From an uncultured Clostridia bacterium (GTDB taxonomy: Bacteria; Bacillota; Clostridia; Christensenellales; UBA1242), in the NCBI GenBank assembly GCA_937874195.1, contig CALNBM010000015.1, forward strand, positions 1,275 through 65,274: DNA of 64,000 nucleotides. Reading direction: 5' to 3'. Position numbers and translations under genes: made by a program. The notes under the pieces were generated by a model. That model saw only the letters and a list, made by a program, of their open reading frames with translations, was not told the origin of the DNA and did not search any database. Each line of letters begins with the position of its first letter. Positions within the stretch are counted from its first letter, which is position 1. Below are positions 39,901 to 48,605 of the stretch, piece after piece.

Positions 39901-40251
39901 TAACTCTCCCGCAAAACCACTTAGCGATATAGCGTTTTTAAAACTGGTTAAATTGTTCTTATTATCTAATAACAGTTTTTTAATAAGTGCCACCGCACTG
40001 TTTTTAGTTAACACTTTTTCATTAGGCGATAGTTTAGACGCTTTTTTTGCAAGGCGAGAAAGAGTTATAACAGAAAGGTCAAAAAAACACTTTTCATCTA
40101 GAACTTCAAATAGTTCTTTCTCAATGTTTAGCGTGCATCTATCAGGGCAAATTACTATATGCTTTTCATTTTTATTTCTGTTTTTAAGTGCAAAAAAAAG
40201 TTGATTTTTGCTTATTTCATTAATAAGTGCAGTATATAAACTAACTTTCAT
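36991..40251 (-). CDS. addB: ATP-dependent helicase/nuclease subunit B
   Basis: Track ORF of 1086 aa, upstream of and coupled to addA. The C-terminal nuclease/Fe-S region has CPYKFF and CEFCDYKAIC cysteines. Confidence 0.8.
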   Translation of the reverse strand: MKVSLYTALINEISKNQLFFALKNRNKNEKHIVICPDRCTLNIEKELFEVLDEKCFFDLSVITLSRLAKKASKLSPNEKVLTKNSAVALIKKLLLDNKNNLTSFKNAISLSGFAGELYNTICLFKSCHITPIDIDIAISNKTLKSKLSDIKLIYEKYEEFLQNNFTDSFNRLDLFARNINKGYGDTNFYFVMFEDFTVQQYNIIGKLIKHAKSVSFATTYSKSQPTNNELLHLNSVYFNVLDLCRQLGVAVNTKKCISNLKAEENLLLENLFSTNCEQSDLTSDNIKLLSFKSLKDEVKHTLLDIKQNIILNKTKFNDFTIIVPSLLTYASEIKKQCEKMDVSYYLDESTPLKSHVFCRFIINALKIVCGEVNKYNVLDILKSPFANVDQRLVERFEHYLTKYGLVGKSLINIKNEEFAIINSYFENYNNAITDFKNANAFGEKMEYFTKFLFDVTHESEEIHREKLLGGNNIIDYRTHEQVISKLNKAFDELQLVLDSHDCTAKEFSEICLAVINDITLTLPPIAMDAVFIGEINISYFRKNKNVYILGANEGSMPSYQLDTSIITDKDISELKNKNKLNPTVAVINKRKRFKVYESIFVYEKSLVISYIRQKENGDLAFPTIWYDDMKNLLNIKEYDASADFDMIFNAHPNIVQENIIFNNINLENAKENYTHLLKQWNVFNGNKNYVNLLHSLQHSLQLTDANFTNKIMKNINYKSNIPNIKKANELFFKNNYTSISELENYFECPYKFFISYGLKLRKQEDEANIDNGIILHEFLKIIVPLICENIDSDDWLASAKTTARDIIHSVLHNPKYDYITTNEYNNFYCHAFLNEAERITDALIYQQQHSKFVPTKKSTEQFFKSDTLSINVGNRKIYLKGVIDRVDACGDSFRVIDYKTGSYSSKFNDLSDIYNGKKIQLIVYTKIYENASGLKPAGAFYLPILNVFDKEDAKCLYKLQGIIVKNLENILNFDDNLANADYVSKIVNLSTDKYGAIKDTKLCITESELDKLCNYVFDLMKKGAEKILVGELQPNPMKASSEIACEFCDYKAICNFNENYGDETREKEKVKNFEEFKALTEEEVQS

Positions 40252-40348
40252 TTTTTCTCACTTTTTATTTTCTTTGGTTTTTGCGGTTTTAATAAATTTG
40301 CTAAAAACAACCCTTATATAAAGGTCACTAATCAAGTTATTTCATTTT

Positions 40349-40464
40349 ATCAAAAAGAGCGAGTTAACGCAAATATTTTAAACCGCATCTAAAATTGTTA
40401 TTTTAATTAATCAAAAAGAGTGAGTAAACGCAAATATTTTAAACCGCATCTAAAATTGTTATTT
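40349..40464. repeat. tandem 61-bp duplication upstream of addB
   Basis: ATCAAAAAGAG(C/T)GAGT(T/A)AACGCAAATATTTTAAACCGCATCTAAAATTGTTATTT occurs at 40349..40403 and again at 40410..40464, with two mismatches. Confidence 0.85.
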
Positions 40465-40727
40465 CAATTTAACTTACTTAATATGCTTTTAATTTTCGTT
40501 TGATAATACACCAACTTTTTTTTATATTCACTTTCAATTTCGGCGGCAATCGATTTTTTTATAAGCCTAATAAAGCCCATAAAAAGATTCATCATATCTT
40601 GTTCTGTTAAAAACTTATCGGTTTTTTCAAATTGCAAAACTTTGGCAGTTTGAATGTTCCTTGAAAACACCGTTTGTTTCATTTTTTTATTTTTATATGG
40701 AATAAGTTTTTTAATACTTGGTTTCAT
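40464..40727 (-). CDS. small basic hypothetical protein
   Basis: Track ORF of 87 aa with an AAGGA RBS 8 nt upstream. Ends in TGA. Its last codons lie inside the second copy of the 61-bp repeat. Confidence 0.45.
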   Translation of the reverse strand: MKPSIKKLIPYKNKKMKQTVFSRNIQTAKVLQFEKTDKFLTEQDMMNLFMGFIRLIKKSIAAEIESEYKKKLVYYQTKIKSILSKLN

Positions 40728-40835
40728 GTTTTTTTCCTTATGGTTTGCTTAATTATTGCCTATTGGATTTTTTTAAAACGGTATGAAATAAAAAATTTTA
40801 TCATATACATAGTAAAAAAGAAAAAGGTGAAAATT

Positions 40836-41801
40836 GTGGAAAACTTAACATTTTTGCATTTTACCAGTGCAGTAGATTTTAACTTAAATATAAACGGCGA
40901 ATATGTGAAAACTTCAAGCACTCACGAAAATAGATTTGTGACTGTTGCAACCACTAAAAAAGCCATATATTTCACATACTTACCTATTTCCACGACAAAA
41001 ACATATTTGCCTTTCACACAAAAGTTAGAATTAAATAAAGATGGCATAAACTCACAATCGCAATATGTGGAAGTAATTCCTTTCAAAAATAACCATTATG
41101 AAATTTTTTTAACTCCGCCACTTTCTGCCACAAACACTCTTTCTGAAATTATTAATGAAGAATATTTTGGCAAAACTAATGTGGTTTTACTTAATAATAA
41201 CACTGGTAATATTTTTGTTTACGACAATAACAAACTCAAAAAACAGTTTGTAACATCAATAATAAAAAACGCTGAACTCAATCAAAAAAATAACAATATT
41301 ATTATAAAATGCGAACTTGAGGAAGATAAATATTTTTTAGTTATATTAAAAGCAGATACTATTGAAACAATTTTAGAAGTTGAATGCGACACAATCGAAG
41401 AAAATGAAACACAAATCAAGGCACTTAAAAAAATGCTGGATTTATCTAAACATGCTTTCGTTAATACCTTTTCTTTTGAAACTAATAAAGTTGAAACATA
41501 TAAAGTGTTTTTAAACAACCAACCTAACAAAACAACAGATAAATATCTTATACCACTAGCATTTTTAGAAGCGGTAAAATATGAGAACTTCAATCTTGCT
41601 AAAAGTTATTTGGCAAGTGACCTTGCCGAAGCGCCAGACAACTTTTTTGCTGGTTATTTTGGAAATATTAAAAATATATATTTTGATAGATATAATTTAA
41701 ACAAGCCAAATGTGGGCTACACTATTAAAGCAAATGAAATTTTTTCTTACTTTGAGTTTGCTATTGAAAATGGAATGATAACAGAAATTACAAAGGTTTA
41801 A
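40836..41801 (+). CDS. hypothetical protein
   Basis: The track ORF (40674..41801) overlaps the divergent gene at its 5' end. I prefer the in-frame GTG at 40836 behind AAGGTGA, giving (M)ENLTFLHFTSAVDF.... No recognised motif. Confidence 0.45.
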   Translation: MENLTFLHFTSAVDFNLNINGEYVKTSSTHENRFVTVATTKKAIYFTYLPISTTKTYLPFTQKLELNKDGINSQSQYVEVIPFKNNHYEIFLTPPLSATNTLSEIINEEYFGKTNVVLLNNNTGNIFVYDNNKLKKQFVTSIIKNAELNQKNNNIIIKCELEEDKYFLVILKADTIETILEVECDTIEENETQIKALKKMLDLSKHAFVNTFSFETNKVETYKVFLNNQPNKTTDKYLIPLAFLEAVKYENFNLAKSYLASDLAEAPDNFFAGYFGNIKNIYFDRYNLNKPNVGYTIKANEIFSYFEFAIENGMITEITKV

Positions 41802-41998
41802 TATATTTCGAAAATCTTCCTTGCCCCTTTTTTTTCATAATAATTTTGGTTATACTCGTAACCAAATTATATTAACGCTAATCTATTATAAAAGAAATGT
41901 TCTAAAATTACGAGCACGAAGTAAGCAAATTGGACTTGTTCTTAGTTTATTTTCAGTGCGGGGAAGCGCCTCATTTTATTGTATTATTAAAATAACAT

Positions 41999-42027
41999 TT
42001 GTTAAATTTTGTAATTATATGTATACT
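41999..42027 (+). promoter_or_regulatory. sigma-70-type promoter (TTGTTA-17-TATACT) for the zinc-metallopeptidase pair
   Basis: TTGTTA at 41999..42004, a 17-nt spacer, then TATACT at 42022..42027. This sits 31 nt upstream of ATG 42058. Confidence 0.4.
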
Positions 42028-42057
42028 ATAATATAGAATTTAAGGGAGCTTTGATTA

Positions 42058-42759
42058 ATGGAGCCATGGGTTTTTTATCTTATTATTTCATTAATAGCGC
42101 TAATGTTTGTGCTTTCTGTTATAACGGCGCGCGCTCGCATGAAACGAGTTTATCTTAAATACATGCAAGTGAACACAGATATAAATATAACAGGAAAACA
42201 ATTTGCGTTTGCCGCCAAACAAATACTAAGACTAAACGAACTAAAATTCTCACTGTCAAAAGGTATGCTAACAGACGCTTATGTTAGTAAATACAAAACA
42301 CTGATTATAAGTGAAAAAGTTTGTGAAACGGCATCACTTTCCTCTATAACAATCGTGGCACATGAAATCGGACACGCCCTGCAACATAACAACAATAATG
42401 TACTTTTTAACCTTTCAAACTTCGCTAAATCGGTAACAAGGTTTACAAATAAGTTTATAATTCCCACATTAATAGCATCAATTTTTCTATATATCTTTCA
42501 AGGACTATCATCAAGCTTAGCGTTAACATTTTTATATATTTCTGCAATATTATTCACAATGCATATTTTTAACAACTTACTGCTCATCCCTGTTGAATAT
42601 GGCGCAAGTTCTATTGCACTAAGATTTTTAAGGCAAAATAAAGTGTTAACAAACAAAGAATTAGAAAAAGCAAGATACCTGCTTGGAATTGCCGCTAAAA
42701 CTTATATCGTTCATTTCTTTGATGGAATGTTTAGTTTCGGTTGGAAACGAAAATACTAA
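42058..42759 (+). CDS. membrane zinc metallopeptidase (Zn_peptidase_2 / YugP-like), copy 1
   Basis: Track ORF of 233 aa with one N-terminal TM helix, the HEIGHALQH (HExxH) motif, and C-terminal TM helices. Confidence 0.65.
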   Translation: MEPWVFYLIISLIALMFVLSVITARARMKRVYLKYMQVNTDINITGKQFAFAAKQILRLNELKFSLSKGMLTDAYVSKYKTLIISEKVCETASLSSITIVAHEIGHALQHNNNNVLFNLSNFAKSVTRFTNKFIIPTLIASIFLYIFQGLSSSLALTFLYISAILFTMHIFNNLLLIPVEYGASSIALRFLRQNKVLTNKELEKARYLLGIAAKTYIVHFFDGMFSFGWKRKY

Positions 42760-42782
42760 AATAATGGCTTTGGAGATAAAAT

Positions 42783-43529
42783 ATGTTATCACATCTACTT
42801 ACAGGTTTTGATTTTATTTATATGGACTATTACTTTTGGGGAATTATTTTAATTCCGGGGATTTTGCTAGGTTTGCTTGCCCAAATTAAAGTAATGCGCA
42901 CTTATCATGTTTATAAAGAAATACCATCATCATCCACCTTAACTGCAAGCGAGCTCGCTAGAAAGCTTCTTAGCGAGCATAACATAAACGATATAAGCAT
43001 TGACAAAGCCACTGGCGAACTTTCCGATTATTATAATTACAAAACTAAAAGTGTGGGACTTAGTGGCGGAGTTTATAATAGCAACAGCATTGCCGCACTC
43101 GGTATTATGGCGCACGAAATTGGCCATGTGATGCAATATAAAAGCAATTATTTTCCACTAAAATTTAGAAACTTTTTAATTCCACTGTCAAATTTCATTT
43201 CTAAACTACTGTGGCCGGTTATATTTCTGGGAATATTTTTTAATTTCATGCTACTCTTTGATTCCATGATAGGAAATATTTTTATCTATTCTGGAATTAT
43301 CATGTTTGGATTAATCGCTCTTATATCTCTTATAACTCTACCCGTTGAGTTAAACGCAAGCGGAAGAGCAAAAACAATATTATTATCGTCTGGTGCTATC
43401 AATCAGGAAGAAGTTATTGGAGTTAAAAAAGTTTTAAATGCAGCAGCACTAACTTATGTTGCTGCACTTATAATATCACTTTTAAACCTTCTTAGGTTTG
43501 TGATAGTTTTTGGAAATAGAAGAAGATAA
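42783..43529 (+). CDS. membrane zinc metallopeptidase (Zn_peptidase_2 / YugP-like), copy 2
   Basis: Track ORF of 248 aa with the same architecture and a HEIGHVMQY motif. TGGAGA RBS upstream. Confidence 0.65.
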   Translation: MLSHLLTGFDFIYMDYYFWGIILIPGILLGLLAQIKVMRTYHVYKEIPSSSTLTASELARKLLSEHNINDISIDKATGELSDYYNYKTKSVGLSGGVYNSNSIAALGIMAHEIGHVMQYKSNYFPLKFRNFLIPLSNFISKLLWPVIFLGIFFNFMLLFDSMIGNIFIYSGIIMFGLIALISLITLPVELNASGRAKTILLSSGAINQEEVIGVKKVLNAAALTYVAALIISLLNLLRFVIVFGNRRR

Positions 43530-43771
43530 AACAATTTATATCTTAAAAATTATTGGGTTTATATTATAAATTATTTTATGAATTTTTTAAAGTTGATGAT
43601 TTTGCATTAAAGTAAATTATTTGAGATTTTTAATTATTTGTTTTTTTAAAAAAAGTCTTAAACTTATATCCAGTAAATTGCTTAAATATAATACTTTTTG
43701 CATGCAATCTAAATATTTATAAAACTAACTTTTTTCAAAAAAATTTTTAAGTTTAATTTCAAATTGTAGAC

Positions 43772-44092
43772 TTATTTAGGGCTAAAAGTTATGCATGTTG
43801 CATCCTTTTCACATTCATTTATACATATTCCGTTAGCAACGCAATCGGTTTTATTATTATACAAACAGTGTGCATTGCATTTTATATTAACATCCAAATT
43901 ATGGCGATAAGGATGCAGTTCGGGTGCTGCTTCGAACATAGTTTTACTAACATCTTGCTTTTGCTTTTCATCGATTTTTTTAGCTTCATCGAAAGTGGAA
44001 CATTGATAATTTTTTGTAACCTTTATGCTCTCACTCTCACATGAATAACAATTGTTAAACTTACATTTTAGTTGCCTGCATTTTAAATCCAT
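43772..44092 (-). CDS. DUF1540-type cysteine-rich protein (two repeats)
   Basis: Track ORF of 106 aa. The pattern C.....C...C..C......V......C.tF occurs twice (CRQLKCKFNNCYSCESESIKV...CSTF and CNAHCLYN...CVANGICINE...CITF). Confidence 0.6.
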   Translation of the reverse strand: MDLKCRQLKCKFNNCYSCESESIKVTKNYQCSTFDEAKKIDEKQKQDVSKTMFEAAPELHPYRHNLDVNIKCNAHCLYNNKTDCVANGICINECEKDATCITFSPK

Positions 44093-44219
44093 ATTGTTAT
44101 AAACTCCTATATTGTTATGATTTAATTTTAACCAATTTGTTATATTTAATTCAAAACAGCCATTTTATTTGCAAGTTTTCCAGTCCTATGCTAGAATTTA
44201 TTTGAATAGGAGAATAAAT

Positions 44220-44660
44220 ATGAAAGTTGTGTTACTTAAAGATTTGAAAGGCAAAGGTAAGAAAGGCGACATAATTAATGTGAACGATGGATATGCAGTG
44301 AATTTTTTAGTGCCAAATGGCTATGCAGTTGTTGGAAATGCAAGCAATTTAAACGAAGCAAAACAAGCAAGCGCAGCTCTTGATTATCAAGCAAAGTTGC
44401 AAAAAGAAAACGCTGTAAAACTAGCGGAAAACTTAAAAGACGTGGATGTTACTGTAAGCATAAAATGCGGGCAAAATGGCAAAATATTTGGCAGTGTAAC
44501 AAATAAAGAAGTTGCCACCGCTCTTGAAAATTTGGGCTACGAAGTGGATAAGAAAAAAATTGAATTTTTAAGCATTAAATCGCTTGGGAGTTACACTGCA
44601 AAACTAAAACTTCACCCACAAGTTTCGGTTACAATTCCAGTTACTGTGGTTGCAGAATAA
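44220..44660 (+). CDS. rplI: 50S ribosomal protein L9
   Basis: The track ORF starts at 44169. The true start is ATG 44220 behind [43 protein letters not shown] matches the L9 N-domain. Confidence 0.9.
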   Translation: MKVVLLKDLKGKGKKGDIINVNDGYAVNFLVPNGYAVVGNASNLNEAKQASAALDYQAKLQKENAVKLAENLKDVDVTVSIKCGQNGKIFGSVTNKEVATALENLGYEVDKKKIEFLSIKSLGSYTAKLKLHPQVSVTIPVTVVAE

Positions 44661-44893
44661 AAACTAAGTCAAATAATATTTAATAAGAATTAAAAACAAA
44701 TTAAATTATTTCTACAAGTGCAAAATAAAAAACGAACACAAAGCAAACACAAAATGTTTCAAGGTTACTAATCTTTAAGATGCAATCGAATATAAAAGCG
44801 GACTTAACGGTTTGCTATTTTTATTTTGCTTTATACATAAATTTCAAATTATAACGCAAAATAATTATAAAACAGTTATAAAGAGAGAAAAAT

Positions 44894-45700
44894 ATGTCTA
44901 ATAAAAAAATAATATCGCATGCTTTTTTAATAACAACTTTTTTTGGAGCAATTATAGTTTTTATTCTTGCAAATAGTTTGCCTATTAATGGCACAACAAC
45001 TGCGCAAATTTACGCTAATAACCAAACACTTTTTAATCCAGCAGCTTTCACTCATTATGTATGGATACCACTCGCTCTCATGCAATTAGCTTATATTTTA
45101 TACGCTTTTGGTGTTTTTAAAAGAAAATGTATAAGTGAAAACGCGATAATAGTAACAAGTGCTTTTGCAAGTTTATTTTATATATTGACTGCCGGATGGG
45201 TTATTGTTTGGCAATATGAACTATTGTTTGTGGGCGTACTTTTAAATATACTTATGGGGGTTTCGCTTTTTCTACTTAACGCTCATTTACAATCTTTGAA
45301 TGTTAAAGGGGTTTGCACGCTTTTAACAACAATGCCTTTTCTATCATTACTTTCATGGGTAACATTTATTACTTCGTTAAACTTTTTTATTTTGTTTGTT
45401 TCACTGGACCTTGTTCAAAATCTTGCTGTTTGGGCAATCGTGAACCTTGCAATAACCACAATCATTGCAATTATTGCGAGCGGAACATTTGCGAGCCTAT
45501 TTTATATTGCTATAATGTTGTGGAGTTTTATTGGATTGTTAGTTGAGCATATAACGGTTTATAACAGCACACACCTTGATATGATTTACTCCATAATTCT
45601 TGCAATGTTCCTGTTAGTACTAACAGCAGTTTTCATAATTTACAGTTACGCAAAAATTAAAAACAACAAACTCACCAAAATGATTAAAGATAAAAAATAA
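44894..45700 (+). CDS. polytopic integral membrane protein
   Basis: Track ORF of 268 aa with ~8 hydrophobic segments. No family recognised. Confidence 0.5.
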   Translation: MSNKKIISHAFLITTFFGAIIVFILANSLPINGTTTAQIYANNQTLFNPAAFTHYVWIPLALMQLAYILYAFGVFKRKCISENAIIVTSAFASLFYILTAGWVIVWQYELLFVGVLLNILMGVSLFLLNAHLQSLNVKGVCTLLTTMPFLSLLSWVTFITSLNFFILFVSLDLVQNLAVWAIVNLAITTIIAIIASGTFASLFYIAIMLWSFIGLLVEHITVYNSTHLDMIYSIILAMFLLVLTAVFIIYSYAKIKNNKLTKMIKDKK

Positions 45701-45920
45701 ATCATGTTTTAATAACAATAAAAATAAAGAAATTATTTTTATAGAGTAGTAAAAAACAAAGTCACGAAAAAAAAGTTTTTTTAAAAAAAATGCGTTAAAA
45801 CACACAAAGATTAGAAAAAAATCCGCAATAATTAAGTAAAAGACACTACAATAAAGATAATAGACTTTGGCCGAGATACAAGAGCATTTTTAGATTAATA
45901 TTAACTATAATCTAAACTTA

Positions 45921-45960
45921 AAAAAATCCGCAAGTGACAAAGTCATTCGCGGATTTTTTC
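45921..45960. terminator. bidirectional terminator
   Basis: AATCCGC (45925..45931) pairs with GCGGATT (45949..45955), with an inner TGAC/GTCA pairing. A7 before, T6 after. Lies between convergent genes. Confidence 0.65.
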
Positions 45961-45965
45961 CGAGC

Positions 45966-46157
45966 CTATTTTAGTTGGTTGAGTTTTTCAAGCATCAACT
46001 CCAAATCAACATTATGTGACTCACTTGCTTCTTCAAGGGTTTCCATAGTGCTCATAGGACACCCAAAACAATGCATTCCAAATCCCATTAAAATAGTTTT
46101 AGCTTCTTTATTAACTTTTAAAACTTCACTAATTGTCATATTTTTATTGAATTTCAT
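45966..46157 (-). CDS. DUF1858 / hybrid-cluster-protein-associated redox disulfide domain protein
   Basis: The track ORF extends to 46217. I prefer ATG 46157 behind TGGAGA (MKFNKNMTISEVLKVNKEAKTILMGFGMHCFGCPMS...). CxxC motif present. Confidence 0.65.
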   Translation of the reverse strand: MKFNKNMTISEVLKVNKEAKTILMGFGMHCFGCPMSTMETLEEASESHNVDLELMLEKLNQLK

Positions 46158-46246
46158 ATTATTCTCCAATTCTGTATTTGTAGCCACTGGCAGTAATCTA
46201 CTAAAATAGTTTATCACAAAAGTATATTAATATCAATGATTTTTTC

Positions 46247-47188
46247 TTAATCGGATTTACCACAATGCGGACAATATTTAAACATCTCCGAGTATTCAAC
46301 AGAACAATGTGAACATATTTTAGAGCCACTTATACTATATGATGAACCCATTGTTTGAGCAGTACCCTCAACGCTTTCGCTATTAGTAAGAAAAGCAGAT
46401 TTTTCATTTTGATTTATAAACCCACCTTTGAGTAGTGACAACGCCTCTTTAGCAAATACGCCTTCCTTTATTTGTTTGTCTGCAATATATTTATTAACTA
46501 GTATTCGTTTGGTTTTATTAATATTAAGCGACTTCAATTGAACAAAATAAATTCTAAACCCAATTTTATCATATTCAAATTCTAATTTATCAGAAAGATA
46601 ACTGGTTATCATACCTTTATCGTCCAGCACTTCCACAAACTCAAACTTCGCCTTTTCAATCAATGTATTGATTTTATTACCTATTGAAAGTCCTAGTTCG
46701 CTTTCTGCAATAGATTGATTAATATATCCATTTCCAATAAGAAGAGTTTCTATAAACTTAATCGGTTCTGTTATTTGAAGAGTACATACCCCATTTGCTT
46801 TCCCCTTTACAACACCGAATTTCTTGCTATCTTTTTTAAAAGGCATATCTGAAAAAAAAGCAAAAAACTTTATTGCTTTTGTGTAAACAAAATACAAATC
46901 AACATTAATTGTGGTTGGCTGTTTACCGCTTTTGCTAAACCTGCCCACACGCATAAATCGATATGTGCCAAGCAGTGTGCTTTCGTTAAGCGTATGTTTG
47001 CCTGCTTGCAAAAGGTCAGTAACCCTACCCTTACATACCACCACAACAACAAAATCTGCGGGAATAACTATATTTCTATTAATATGATATTTACCAAAAC
47101 GCGAAGGATAAAAATACAAAAACTTACCTATAAGTTTTTCGCCACATTCTATGTTTTTGTTAAATATTTTTTTTAATCCCGCAAACAT
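46247..47188 (-). CDS. SPFH-like (YdjI / 'virion core protein'-type) protein with C-terminal zinc ribbon
   Basis: Track ORF of 313 aa with CSHC...CPHC at the C-terminus. The N-terminal two-thirds resemble the YdjI-type SPFH fold family, recognised from memory only. Confidence 0.45.
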   Translation of the reverse strand: MFAGLKKIFNKNIECGEKLIGKFLYFYPSRFGKYHINRNIVIPADFVVVVVCKGRVTDLLQAGKHTLNESTLLGTYRFMRVGRFSKSGKQPTTINVDLYFVYTKAIKFFAFFSDMPFKKDSKKFGVVKGKANGVCTLQITEPIKFIETLLIGNGYINQSIAESELGLSIGNKINTLIEKAKFEFVEVLDDKGMITSYLSDKLEFEYDKIGFRIYFVQLKSLNINKTKRILVNKYIADKQIKEGVFAKEALSLLKGGFINQNEKSAFLTNSESVEGTAQTMGSSYSISGSKICSHCSVEYSEMFKYCPHCGKSD

Positions 47189-47342
47189 ATTTTCCTTATG
47201 AGATTTTTATTATTTTAATTATACCAAACAATTATAATATTTGCAACATTTTCCGTCAAATCACGCTGTCATATAACCTAAGTAAGTTTAATAATATATA
47301 ATATTATACTTATTTTAGTCTAAATAAATAAGGAGATAAAAT

Positions 47343-48098
47343 TTGCAAGCAAGTGAAATTATATCTAAAAAAGTAGCAAGCATTTATGACGGTAAGTTTT
47401 CAGGAATAGTTGAAGATATTTTAATTAATAAGCGATCACATAGACTTATGTTTTTAAAGGTTTATAATGAACAAATTAATCAATATTTCCTTTTAAACGC
47501 TAGCAATGTTTATAGTTTTGGGAAACATTTAATTTTAATTAAAAACACATCTTATCTGCAATTAATGGAAAACTTAGATGGTATAGAAAAGCAAGGCTAT
47601 AACCCCCTAAACACTCTTGTTTTAAACTTACAAGGTAAAGAAATAGGAACTGTTTGTGATATAAATTTTTCAAATAATAACTTGATTGAAAGTATTAATG
47701 TGAATGGTTATAATGAACAAATTTCAATTAAAAACTTGCTGATTATAGGCAAGGAAATATCAATTTTAAACACAACTCCGCCTAAAAAAATATTGGGATT
47801 TGCACCAAAAAAAGAGATGCCCAAAACTTTGGATTATAAGGTTAATATTATCTCGACAATAGAAAATAAAACGGCAGAACCTAAAACAGAAGAAGCTTTG
47901 AATATAAACCCAAACGACCAACCTAAACGCATAATCACGGATTATCAATTTTTAATAAACAGAAAAATCACGGATAATATATATATGGCAAACGGCGAAT
48001 TACTTCTTAGGAAAAACAGTGTGATAAACTCACAAAGCATAACAAAAGCACGCTTAAACGGTAAGCTTGTTGAACTTACACAAAAAAGCAGAAAATAG
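47343..48098 (+). CDS. PRC-barrel domain protein
   Basis: Track ORF of 251 aa. TTG start supported by an AAGGAGA RBS 5 nt upstream. N-terminal YlmC/YmxH-like PRC-barrel pattern (VASIYDGKFSGIVEDILIN). Ends in TAG. Confidence 0.45.
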   Translation: MQASEIISKKVASIYDGKFSGIVEDILINKRSHRLMFLKVYNEQINQYFLLNASNVYSFGKHLILIKNTSYLQLMENLDGIEKQGYNPLNTLVLNLQGKEIGTVCDINFSNNNLIESINVNGYNEQISIKNLLIIGKEISILNTTPPKKILGFAPKKEMPKTLDYKVNIISTIENKTAEPKTEEALNINPNDQPKRIITDYQFLINRKITDNIYMANGELLLRKNSVINSQSITKARLNGKLVELTQKSRK

Positions 48099-48605
48099 AT
48101 TTGCAGAAGATAGATTTAATTAATGCAAAAAGTTTTAATTATTCTTAATATTTCAAAAAATTTAGTGCATTATTTAAAAAATTCAACTCGCAAAAATTGT
48201 ATATAATAAACATCAAATTAAATTATATTTCACTAATAAAAAACACGCTTTTTTAAAATTATGTAGCAAATTAATCGTATATCAAATAAAATCAAATTTA
48301 GAAAAGCTACAATAAAGTAATTCGTAATCATATTTTTAATATAACAACTCAAAAATCATTTGTAAGAAGTGTATTGAAGAATGATAATGGTTTGACAATT
48401 AGTTTAAGTGGCCTTAGTTGTTATATTAAACTTTTACTTTTTTTTAAATTCAAATTTAACAAGCAAATGACAGAAGTAAAAAAAATTGGATATTAATAAT
48501 ACTATTGTATTTCAAAATAATAAAGGCTCACAAAAGTGAACCCTTATTTTTTTCATTTAACTTACTTTTAAAAGTTTTATATTTTTTTATAATAATTTTT
48601 TTCTA

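Noticed and set aside
39803-40204. 133-aa + strand ORF antisense within addB. Similar antisense ORFs occur at 3298..3585, 41282..41593, 50323..50652, 45934..46209 and 15870..16133.
   Set aside because: All are embedded antisense in genes with strong motif support (addB, VirD4-like, prfB, DUF1858 and others). They lack RBSs and have low-complexity hydrophobic composition.
40674-40835. The 5' extension of the 375-aa track ORF (MFHFFIFIWNKFF...).
   Set aside because: It overlaps the start and RBS of the divergent gene 40464..40727 and has no RBS of its own. An in-frame GTG at 40836 behind AAGGTGA is a better start.
41821-42036. 71-aa track ORF in the spacer upstream of the zinc-metallopeptidase pair.
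   Set aside because: It has a TTG start without an RBS. It spans a hairpin and the predicted promoter of the next gene. Its composition is not protein-like.
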